NCBI GenBank assembly: GCA_016839945.1
Contig: JAEOTE010000136.1
Coordinates: 1 to 15,459 of the forward strand
DNA: 15,459 nt
Direction: 5' to 3'
Origin: Candidatus Heimdallarchaeota archaeon
GTDB taxonomy: Archaea > Asgardarchaeota > Heimdallarchaeia > Heimdallarchaeales > Heimdallarchaeaceae
Shown: positions 1 through 7,380 of the stretch, piece after piece
How the letters are laid out: every line of letters begins with the position of its first letter
How positions within the stretch are numbered: position 1 is the first letter of the stretch
Notes under the pieces: model-generated
What the model was told of the DNA's origin: nothing
The model's database searches: none
Seen by the model: only the letters and a program-made list of their open reading frames with translations
Made by a program: the position numbers and the translations under genes

Positions 1-1005
1 AGATTTGCTTGGGGTCCTGCAGGAAGAAATTGTGGTGTTTCTCTGCCTGGAAATCATCCGTTAGTTTCTCTTCTGGGAACTCTCATACCACTGTTTAAGA
101 TACCAACAATTCTTCGAGCTTCTTCAAGTGAACCTTTCACTTCCTTCAGATTGGCAAAATCCTTATGGGAAGCTGGACTACCCAGTGAAGCTCTATTTCA
201 TCTTGTTTGTGATCACGCAACAAATGACTCATTGATTCGTAATTCGGACTTAGCAATGGTTTTTGGTAATGCTTGGATTTTAAAAGCCTATGAAAATAAC
301 ACTAGAATAAAGACTTACGGTCCAGGAAAATCGAAGGTATTTGTAGACATAGATAATATGACGCCATCACTACTTGATCATTCATTAGATATTGCATTCA
401 ATAGCATCGCATGGGATGGAGGTCGTGGATGCATAAATGCTAGTGGGATTGTTTACAATAGTAAAACTAGTTATGAAGAATTTCGAGATCGACTAGCTCA
501 ACGATTTACAGATTTAGAAATCCTAGATCCAATGAATCCTAGAGCTGTTGTACCAGCTATGCAACCTGATCAAGCGAGAGGTATGTATAAGTTTATCCAA
601 AGTAGAATGAACAACAATGTAACTGACATAACAGCTAATTTTAGAGATCACAAGGAGATGCTTTTAATCAAGGATGAGCTAGCTTACTTCTTACCAACAT
701 TGTTGGAGCTAGATGAAGAAAATGAAATGAGATGCGATGAATTCCCATTTATTTTTGGAACAATTACAAGGCCTGATGATTATCATCCTGAAGAATTAGT
801 AGAAGATTCTCTCTCTGTTAGTTATTTAACAGATAATCCAAAAAGAACAAAGAGACTACTGGGTGATCCGTCAATAAAGAAAGTTTTCACAAATGAAGCA
901 AGCATTCATATGGATGTAAGTGCACCACATGAAAACTTCCTAGGAGACTTCTTATTCCGTTCTAAGGCTACAAATTTCGATGGTGTGAATAATTTCCTTA
1001 AGTGA
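1..1005 (+). CDS. Aldehyde dehydrogenase-superfamily protein (acyl-CoA/acyl-AMP reductase-like, resembling the GriD/LuxC-type branch), 5'-truncated by the window edge
   Basis: Frame 1 is open from base 1 (RFAWGPAGRNCGVSLPGNHPLVSLLGTLIPLFKIPTILRASSSEPFTSFRLAKSLWEAGLP...), so the TTG at 151 is not the real start. ALDH motifs: PGNHP (catalytic Asn), RASSSEP (the KPSxxxP cofactor motif), GPGKSK, DGGRGCINAS (catalytic Cys) and DEFPF (EFxP). Confidence 0.8.
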   Translation, partial: RFAWGPAGRNCGVSLPGNHPLVSLLGTLIPLFKIPTILRASSSEPFTSFRLAKSLWEAGLPSEALFHLVCDHATNDSLIRNSDLAMVFGNAWILKAYENNTRIKTYGPGKSKVFVDIDNMTPSLLDHSLDIAFNSIAWDGGRGCINASGIVYNSKTSYEEFRDRLAQRFTDLEILDPMNPRAVVPAMQPDQARGMYKFIQSRMNNNVTDITANFRDHKEMLLIKDELAYFLPTLLELDEENEMRCDEFPFIFGTITRPDDYHPEELVEDSLSVSYLTDNPKRTKRLLGDPSIKKVFTNEASIHMDVSAPHENFLGDFLFRSKATNFDGVNNFLK

Positions 1006-1010
1006 ATTTT

Positions 1011-1577
1011 CTATAGTTTTAGATTCACTTTTTTTAATTTCTCTGAATATTGTTTTCTAAATTTCGATACTTTTGGTTCAATTACAACATTACAATAGCT
1101 TTGTGTTGGATTATTGAGAAAGTATTCTTGATGAAATTCTTCAGCTTCATAAAATTCTCTCAAAGGAGATATTTCTGTTACAATTGTATTATCCCATATC
1201 TTTTTATTTTCAATCTCACTCTTCATTTGTTCAGCAGCAATCTTCTGATCTTGTGTTTGATAAAAAATAACAGATCTGTATTGAGTTCCCACATCATTTC
1301 CTTGACGATTTAGTGTTGTTGGATCATGAGTTGTAAAGAACACTTCCAAAAGTTCCTTATAGGTTATGAGAGAAGTATCATATTCAATTTTAATTACTTC
1401 TGCATGTCCAGTTTTCCCTGAGCAAACTTGCTCATATGTTGGATTTTTAACATTACCACCTGAATAACCTGAAGTTACTTCTTCAACTCCTTGGAGATTT
1501 TGGAAGATAGCTTCAAAACACCAAAAACAACCACCAGCTAAGTATGCAATATCATTATTTTTCTTATTATCAGTCAT
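1011..1577 (-). CDS. msrA: Peptide-methionine (S)-S-oxide reductase MsrA
   Basis: Catalytic GGCFWC, SGYSGG, PTYEQVCSGKTGHAEVI, HDPTTLNRQGNDVGTQYRS, AEEFHQEY and a C-terminal resolving Cys (SYC). GGTGAT SD 5 nt before the ATG. Confidence 0.97.
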   Translation of the reverse strand: MTDNKKNNDIAYLAGGCFWCFEAIFQNLQGVEEVTSGYSGGNVKNPTYEQVCSGKTGHAEVIKIEYDTSLITYKELLEVFFTTHDPTTLNRQGNDVGTQYRSVIFYQTQDQKIAAEQMKSEIENKKIWDNTIVTEISPLREFYEAEEFHQEYFLNNPTQSYCNVVIEPKVSKFRKQYSEKLKKVNLKL

Positions 1578-1582
1578 TTTCT

Positions 1583-1588
1583 ATCACC
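1583..1588 (-). promoter_or_regulatory. Archaeal-type Shine-Dalgarno (GGTGAT) for msrA
   Basis: The + strand atcacc at 1583-1588 reads GGTGAT on the - strand, 5 nt upstream of the ATG at 1577. Confidence 0.6.
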
Positions 1589-1669
1589 AATTTGGAGAGC
1601 TAAAACTTGACAGTTTACACTTTAATTTAAATTTTTTTAAATCCTAACATATACCAAAAATTGTTATGT

Positions 1670-2152
1670 CTAAATTTCTAGCACTAGAAATCTGTTTCCA
1701 GTAAATTTAATCATGTTATGGAAATTTTCTTTTGTTAGTTCAACACTTTCTGTGTTTACATTAGGATGAAAAGACATGATTTCAGCCCCCCAGACTGCTT
1801 TATCAATAACATAGATAACTTTCTTCTGAGTATCATTAACCAAACCTAATGGAGAAACTGCTCCAATGTCTAATCCTAAATATTTTTGCAATTCCTCTTC
1901 TGATGCAAATTTCAAAAGAGAACTGCTTAGTAGCTTTTGTAATTTTTTAAAATCCAATCTCTTTGTTGATGGAAGTGTAACAAGATAGTACTCTGTACCT
2001 TTTACATTTTTTATAAATAAATTCTTACAATGCATGCCAGGAATAAATCCACAATGAATTCTTGCTTCATCAACTGTAAAAACAGCTGGATGAGTGTGTA
2101 ATTTGTACTCAATTTGATGTTCTTTCAACCAGCTATTTAGTGCTTCATCCAT
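1670..2152 (-). CDS. YbaK/ProX-family aminoacyl-tRNA editing protein (ProXp-ala/PrdX-like)
   Basis: HPAVFTVDEA, HCKNLFIK (conserved Lys), GAVSPLGL (GxxxP loop) and FHPNVNTES are typical of the PrdX/ProXp-ala subfamily. 160 aa. Confidence 0.9.
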   Translation of the reverse strand: MDEALNSWLKEHQIEYKLHTHPAVFTVDEARIHCGFIPGMHCKNLFIKNVKGTEYYLVTLPSTKRLDFKKLQKLLSSSLLKFASEEELQKYLGLDIGAVSPLGLVNDTQKKVIYVIDKAVWGAEIMSFHPNVNTESVELTKENFHNMIKFTGNRFLVLEI

Positions 2153-2157
2153 TTGAA

Positions 2158-3798
2158 TCAGCTTTTATGTCTTAATACTCTTCCAGGAAGATTTTCATTC
2201 TGTTTATCTTTTTCCACTACAATAACACCATTAACAATTACATACTCTAAACCTTCAGAGATTTGGTGAGGTTCATCAAAAGTTGCTTTATCATTGATTC
2301 TTTCAATATCAAATACAACGACATCGGCATACATTCCTTTTCTTATCAATCCTCTATCAAATATACCCATTTTTTGAGCTGTTAAGCTAGTCATTTTTCT
2401 TATTGCTTCTTCAAGAGTCAATAAACCTTCTTCTTTGACATATTTTCTTATAACTCTAGGAAAAGTACCATAATAACGTGGATGGGGTTTACCATAACTC
2501 AATGGTCCATCAGGACTTATTCCCCAGCCATCGGTTCCTATTGATGTATATTTGTTTTTCATTATTCTTTTGATATTCTCTTCACTCATACTTTCAACTG
2601 TTATTTCCACTTCACATTCATTTTCTAGAAGCATGTCAAGTATAGTTTCAATGGGGTGATTCTTTGCTTTGATTTTTGTAATTTCTTCAACAGTTTTACC
2701 CTCAATATCTCTCCAACTTTCTTCTTTTACTGAAGCAACATATATTTTATCAGGTCCTGTATCCCTATACCACTCGTCATAATTTTCAGCTCCTCCTAAC
2801 ATATCACTTTTTATTTTTTGACGCATTTCTTTAGAAGCTAAACGCTTCATCATTTCATCAACACCCCCCTCATGACTCCATGGTGGGAGAAGAGCTGTCA
2901 TGGAAGTAGCTCCTCTATTGTATGGGTATTGATCACAAGTTATATCCAGACCTCTATTGTTTGCATCTTCTACTATTCTTATTGCTTCTATAGCTTTATC
3001 CCAGTTAGTTTTTCCGGATGCTTTGAAGTGAGAAATTTGTGCTCCTCGAATTCCTGATTTTTCTACTATCTCAATAACTTCTTTGATAGCTTCAATTAAT
3101 TGACCTCCCTCATTTCTTATATGAGAACAATATAGTCCATTATACTTTGCAGCTACTTTAGTTAATTCGATTATTTCTTCAATATTCGCATAAACCTGAG
3201 GAGAATAAATCAAACCTGTGCTAAAGCCAAATGCACCTGCTCGAAATGATTCTTCAACAAATTCTTTCATTTTTTCCATTTCTTCAGCTGTAGGTTCTCT
3301 ATTGTCATATCCTGTTCCTCCTGCAATTCTCACAGGTCCAAAACCTACAAGAGGGATTATATTTGAGGAGATTTTGGTCCTTTCCACTTCCTCTAGATAT
3401 TCATTAAAAGTTCTCCAAGTAAGCTCAGCAGGTTCAACTCCAGGTGGAGCTGACATATCAAAATCCTTCTTGAAAACATCAAAGAATTCATCACTTATTG
3501 GAGCTAAGGAGTAACCACATTGTCCAACAACAGAGCTAGTAATCCCTTGTGTCACTATTGATTGCAATCGATTATCATAGGGTATACCAACATCTGAATG
3601 ACTATGCATATCAATGAAACCAGGACATACAATCAAATTTGATGCATCTATCACTTTGTTTGCTTCTTCATCAATATTGTACCATATCTTACTTATTCTA
3701 TCCTCTTTTATTGCAATATCAGCTTTAAATGCAATATTTCCAGTACCATCAATAATTTTACCATTTTTTATCAAAATATCTATAGTCAATTTTCTCAA
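2158..3798 (-). CDS. N-acyl-D-amino-acid deacylase (D-aminoacylase, amidohydrolase superfamily)
   Basis: IKNGKIIDGTG, PGFIDMHSHSD (HxH), GQCG (bridging Cys typical of D-aminoacylases), SHIRNE, ISHFK, GTDG (catalytic Asp), HPRYYGTFPR, LEEAIRKMTSL, GMYADVVVFD. TTG start; the exact start is uncertain (3798 or 3789). Confidence 0.9.
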   Translation of the reverse strand: MRKLTIDILIKNGKIIDGTGNIAFKADIAIKEDRISKIWYNIDEEANKVIDASNLIVCPGFIDMHSHSDVGIPYDNRLQSIVTQGITSSVVGQCGYSLAPISDEFFDVFKKDFDMSAPPGVEPAELTWRTFNEYLEEVERTKISSNIIPLVGFGPVRIAGGTGYDNREPTAEEMEKMKEFVEESFRAGAFGFSTGLIYSPQVYANIEEIIELTKVAAKYNGLYCSHIRNEGGQLIEAIKEVIEIVEKSGIRGAQISHFKASGKTNWDKAIEAIRIVEDANNRGLDITCDQYPYNRGATSMTALLPPWSHEGGVDEMMKRLASKEMRQKIKSDMLGGAENYDEWYRDTGPDKIYVASVKEESWRDIEGKTVEEITKIKAKNHPIETILDMLLENECEVEITVESMSEENIKRIMKNKYTSIGTDGWGISPDGPLSYGKPHPRYYGTFPRVIRKYVKEEGLLTLEEAIRKMTSLTAQKMGIFDRGLIRKGMYADVVVFDIERINDKATFDEPHQISEGLEYVIVNGVIVVEKDKQNENLPGRVLRHKS

Positions 3799-3807
3799 AA
3801 TAGAGAT

Positions 3808-5709
3808 TTATTTCTTGTATTTAATTTTATGGCTAACATTGCTCAAATCTAGGTTAATTTTAGAAAGTATTTCTTTATCCAAAATCTTACTATAGAAGCT
3901 GATTTCTTCCGGAGGATTAATACTAAGAAAGATTCTTAGAGTAAGTTCAAGATCAATTATATGTGCTAATAATAATCCTAGATTATTCTTGTTATTGAAT
4001 AAATCATAGAAGAGTTTTCTAGTATTTTCTTTATTCAGAATTGTCCAGATTATTGCATTTTCGTCATCAATTATTTCATTAAGAAATTTTCTATAAGGAG
4101 ATTTTTTATCAAACCAACTTGGTCTTGGATACGCTGCTCGAGGTAGTACTCTTACTCCCAGAAGATTTTCAAACCATCTAACTGCTTTTACTCCTAGTTG
4201 AACAATTTTGAGTCTTTTATACCATTTAGCAGTGGTTGTGAGATATGCTAATTCTTTATTCAATTCTTTAAGAACAGATAACTCAAGTTTCCTTTTTTCT
4301 CTCTCTTGATATGGGATTGTTATGTAACATGCAAAGAATTCTGGATTATAATAAGGAAATATGATATCACCAAAATTATGCATCATCCTTGGTCCACCTA
4401 CTGTGTAACATCTTCCTCTTGTTTGAGCTAATAATATTTCAATTTTCATTAGAGGAGATTCAATATCCCAAAGGAGTTTGACATGTTCAGAAATATCAGT
4501 ATCTATAACTTCAGTATAGGAAATTTCATCTTTCATGATTCGTTCAAAAATAGAATGGGAAAATGAGTAATTATGCAGTTTCATGTTCACCTTTAATGCT
4601 TCTTCAATAGAGTGTTTTTTGTGTTTTTCTTCAATGCTTGAGAAGAATTCCCCACCAAATTGAGTGTCACCCAAATACCCATCTATTATCATGTTAATAT
4701 CTGGTTTATTATCTATTAAAGTGATCAATCCAGAAACTAAATGATTGGAAACACCTTCACTTAACCACATATGTTTGTATGCGTTATTTACAATTTTCTC
4801 AAGTGTTATAACAGCTGTATTGTGTTTAAGTTTCACTCTCTTCAATACTTTTTTAGCAGCTTGAATTTCTGGACCATCTTTAGTACTATCAAATGTAAAT
4901 GCTTCACAACGTTTTTTCTGGTCGTTAGGAATCGTTGAGACTAATGTTCTTGAATCCAATCCTCCTGAAAGCATAAAACCGATTTTTTCTTCGTGTGATT
5001 CTGTAATGGTTTTTGTTAATTGCTTTAGAAGTAGTGAACATTCTTCTACAGACGATTGAATGTCTTTTTCATAATCATATCTGTTTGGAAAATTAATGTG
5101 ATATGGTGCTTCTTTTATGTTCTTCAGCAATTGGTTTCTAATATCTGATTGTTCACATTTGAATATCATTACTCGATTATATGGTAGTAGAAATATGTCT
5201 TGGAATAATGTTTTTGTACCTAAGATCATATGACTATACAGATAATTAATCACAGAATCAAGATTTATTTTTTCAAGAAAATTACTATTATATTGAAGAA
5301 TATATTTCAGATGTGAGGATAATATTATATTCTTTTCATCTTCTGCCAGGTAGATAAAATCAAATCCGAATGGATCAGTAATTATTTCCAGTTCATTATT
5401 CTGGGAATCAAATGAAAAGAGCTGAGAAAATCCAACTTGCTTATCTCTAAAAGGTTTAACTCCTTCATTTAAAATAGGATATTTTAGTACATTAGTTGCT
5501 AAATAGCATTTTGATCCTTCTTTAGAAAAAATGTAATTTGAGAGAAAATCACCTACTAAAATTCGAACATTCTTGAATTTGAGATCCTCTTTTAATTCGG
5601 CTTTTTCAGGAAAAAGAGATAGGATTTCTTTGCTGTTTATGTTAACTTCTTTTCCTTCTTTTGATATCAAAATCAAGAAATGAGTCATCAATTTTTTTGA
5701 GTTTAACAT
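3808..5709 (-). CDS. Asparagine synthetase (AsnB)-like ATP-dependent amide ligase with a degenerate glutaminase domain
   Basis: TDPFGFDFIY (cf. RDxFGxKPLY), PP-loop LSGGLDSR, DGYLGDTQFGG (cf. SGEGADELFGG) and FPYYN (cf. xPFLD). There is no N-terminal Cys (MCG) at either candidate start (5709 MLNS..., 5688 MTHFLIL...). Confidence 0.8.
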   Translation of the reverse strand: MLNSKKLMTHFLILISKEGKEVNINSKEILSLFPEKAELKEDLKFKNVRILVGDFLSNYIFSKEGSKCYLATNVLKYPILNEGVKPFRDKQVGFSQLFSFDSQNNELEIITDPFGFDFIYLAEDEKNIILSSHLKYILQYNSNFLEKINLDSVINYLYSHMILGTKTLFQDIFLLPYNRVMIFKCEQSDIRNQLLKNIKEAPYHINFPNRYDYEKDIQSSVEECSLLLKQLTKTITESHEEKIGFMLSGGLDSRTLVSTIPNDQKKRCEAFTFDSTKDGPEIQAAKKVLKRVKLKHNTAVITLEKIVNNAYKHMWLSEGVSNHLVSGLITLIDNKPDINMIIDGYLGDTQFGGEFFSSIEEKHKKHSIEEALKVNMKLHNYSFSHSIFERIMKDEISYTEVIDTDISEHVKLLWDIESPLMKIEILLAQTRGRCYTVGGPRMMHNFGDIIFPYYNPEFFACYITIPYQEREKRKLELSVLKELNKELAYLTTTAKWYKRLKIVQLGVKAVRWFENLLGVRVLPRAAYPRPSWFDKKSPYRKFLNEIIDDENAIIWTILNKENTRKLFYDLFNNKNNLGLLLAHIIDLELTLRIFLSINPPEEISFYSKILDKEILSKINLDLSNVSHKIKYKK

Positions 5710-5742
5710 TGTATAAAAGAATTCCGTAAAATTCTCTTCTTG

Positions 5743-5760
5743 CTTATAAACCGTTTTTCG
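5743..5760 (-). promoter_or_regulatory. BRE + TATA box for the AsnB-like operon (possibly bidirectional)
   Basis: The - strand reads CGAAAAACGG-TTTATAAG, a purine-rich BRE followed by a TATA box. This predicts a TSS near 5720, just upstream of ATG 5709/5688. The same site reads CTTATAAA on the + strand, upstream of the Hef-like gene. Confidence 0.55.
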
Positions 5761-5764
5761 GATT

Positions 5765-7357
5765 ATGTTAGTAGAGAAGATAGAGAGAGTTATAATGACT
5801 TTAGATTATGATACATATAGTCAAATTATCCTTGGAACTGTTACGAAGGAAAATACATTATTGATTTTACCTCCCAATTATAGCACTAAAAGGATAACTA
5901 GAATTCTCATGGATTATTTCTCTACATCAGAACCAAATCATAAGGTAGCTATTCTTTATCCTGATATGAAGAGACGAGAGATTGTTGAATCAAATGAAGC
6001 ACAATCTTCAAATGGTCCAAAAATTAGTATAATAAAATCAACTTCAGTAAAAGTACGAAAGGAACAGTATGTAAACTCTGATGTTATTATTATGACTCCT
6101 CATCTCTTGAGGAATGACATTTTTAGACAATTAGTATCGCCTAAAGATTTTAGCTTAATTATTGTAGAAGATGCTCATTTAGCTAAAGGAAAACATGCAA
6201 TTGTGAAACTGTTTGAAATTTTTCATCAAAACAATATATTTGTTCGAACAGTAGGATATACATCCTTCTTTTTCAAGGACTTTCAAGAAATAGACGATGT
6301 ATGTAATAACCTTCTAATCACTAAAATTGAGTTTGGGAAAGAGAAAAGTTTCATTCTTACATCTCTCGAATCCAATTTTAATGAAAAAGTTATCACAGTT
6401 CCAATTAACAAACCAATGTATAATTTTTGTTCAGAATTAAATAGATACATTAGAGAATATCAATCATTTCTTAAGAAAAAAGGTGTGAATAAACCACTTA
6501 CTGTGAGAAGAGAATTCCCTGATTTCATAATGCAAATTCGTAAAGAGTACAATCATGATCAACAAAGAATTTTGATAAGAAAAGCTGTTGAGTTGATTAA
6601 TTTTCAGACTTTGAAAGAACTGGTTGAAGCTTCTGGAGTAAATTCAGCTATAAAATATCTAAACAATTTAGAGATGAAAAATAAGGAAACCAAAGGAGAT
6701 GAAAAAGTAAGTAGCCTTCATAGTAGTTTTGTTAGAACACCTATTTTTCGGGAATTATTGGTAGAACTAGAAACAATGGCTGAAAAAACGGATCATCCTA
6801 AATTTCAGCGATTAGTTCAACTAGTAAATGAATTGAAAGAGAAAAAACAATTTTCAAATTTCTTTATCATTGTGAACAATAAAACAGTTATTAAGAACCT
6901 TTCATCATTTTTGAAAAATTCAGGATTAGATAATGCTATTTTACCGAAGAATCAAACAAAGGAAAGAGAAAACACTTTATCAAAATTCCTAAAAGGGGAA
7001 ATCAAAATCCTTCTCTCTACAAAGCTTCTTGATTTGAAAGCTGATGCACTTATTTTCTTTAACAATCCTGTGAAATTCAGCGATTATCTTGAAAGAAAAA
7101 ACAAAGATAGTGATGTATACATCTTATTAACTCATCGTTCAAATGAAGAAAGAGTTTTTCACAAATTCAGAAATAAGGAAAAAGTTGTTGGTAAAATATT
7201 AGAAGATTCAAGATTAAAACAGCGATTAATTCGAAATCAACAGATAATATTTAAGAAAAGAATAAACGAACAGATGGATTCCAGAACTAAAGCTATGGTA
7301 AATGTTGTAAGAGTGCTTCAAAAGGGGAGAAAATATCAGCCTAAGGGTGATGAATAG
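5765..7357 (+). CDS. Hef/FANCM/Mph1-like SF2 helicase-fold protein, predicted ATPase-dead (pseudo-helicase), with no C-terminal ERCC4 nuclease
   Basis: Scaffold matches Hef: ENTLLILP (cf. NTLVVLPTGLGKT), IMTPHLLRNDI (motif Ib TPQTxxND), FSLIIVEDAHLAKGKHA (cf. LIVFDEAHRAxGNYAY), a helical insertion domain, DHPKF (HPK), and FLKGEIKILLST (cf. FxxGExxVLVAT). Walker A reads PPNYSTK, DEAH reads EDAH, motif III reads GYTSFF, and motifs V and VI are unrecognisable. Alternative start at ATG 5795. Confidence 0.75.
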   Translation: MLVEKIERVIMTLDYDTYSQIILGTVTKENTLLILPPNYSTKRITRILMDYFSTSEPNHKVAILYPDMKRREIVESNEAQSSNGPKISIIKSTSVKVRKEQYVNSDVIIMTPHLLRNDIFRQLVSPKDFSLIIVEDAHLAKGKHAIVKLFEIFHQNNIFVRTVGYTSFFFKDFQEIDDVCNNLLITKIEFGKEKSFILTSLESNFNEKVITVPINKPMYNFCSELNRYIREYQSFLKKKGVNKPLTVRREFPDFIMQIRKEYNHDQQRILIRKAVELINFQTLKELVEASGVNSAIKYLNNLEMKNKETKGDEKVSSLHSSFVRTPIFRELLVELETMAEKTDHPKFQRLVQLVNELKEKKQFSNFFIIVNNKTVIKNLSSFLKNSGLDNAILPKNQTKERENTLSKFLKGEIKILLSTKLLDLKADALIFFNNPVKFSDYLERKNKDSDVYILLTHRSNEERVFHKFRNKEKVVGKILEDSRLKQRLIRNQQIIFKKRINEQMDSRTKAMVNVVRVLQKGRKYQPKGDE

Positions 7358-7367
7358 TTTATAGAAA

Positions 7368-7372
7368 GAGGT
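7368..7372 (+). promoter_or_regulatory. Shine-Dalgarno (GAGGT) for the XPD-like gene
   Basis: GAGGT lies 8 nt before the TTG at 7381, within a 23-bp intergenic gap. This is consistent with an internal operon cistron. Confidence 0.55.
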
Positions 7373-7380
7373 AGAGAATT

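Noticed and set aside
1050-1313. 87-aa + strand ORF
   Set aside because: Antisense shadow entirely inside msrA, with no recognisable motifs.
2872-3895. Three + strand ORFs (2872-3057, 3218-3514, 3614-3895)
   Set aside because: Antisense to the well-supported D-aminoacylase and AsnB-like genes; their composition is typical of reverse-strand shadows.
3808-5709. Lasso-peptide biosynthetic cluster hypothesis for the AsnB-like gene
   Set aside because: No transglutaminase-like B2 protease, PqqD/RRE protein or precursor peptide is visible in the window.
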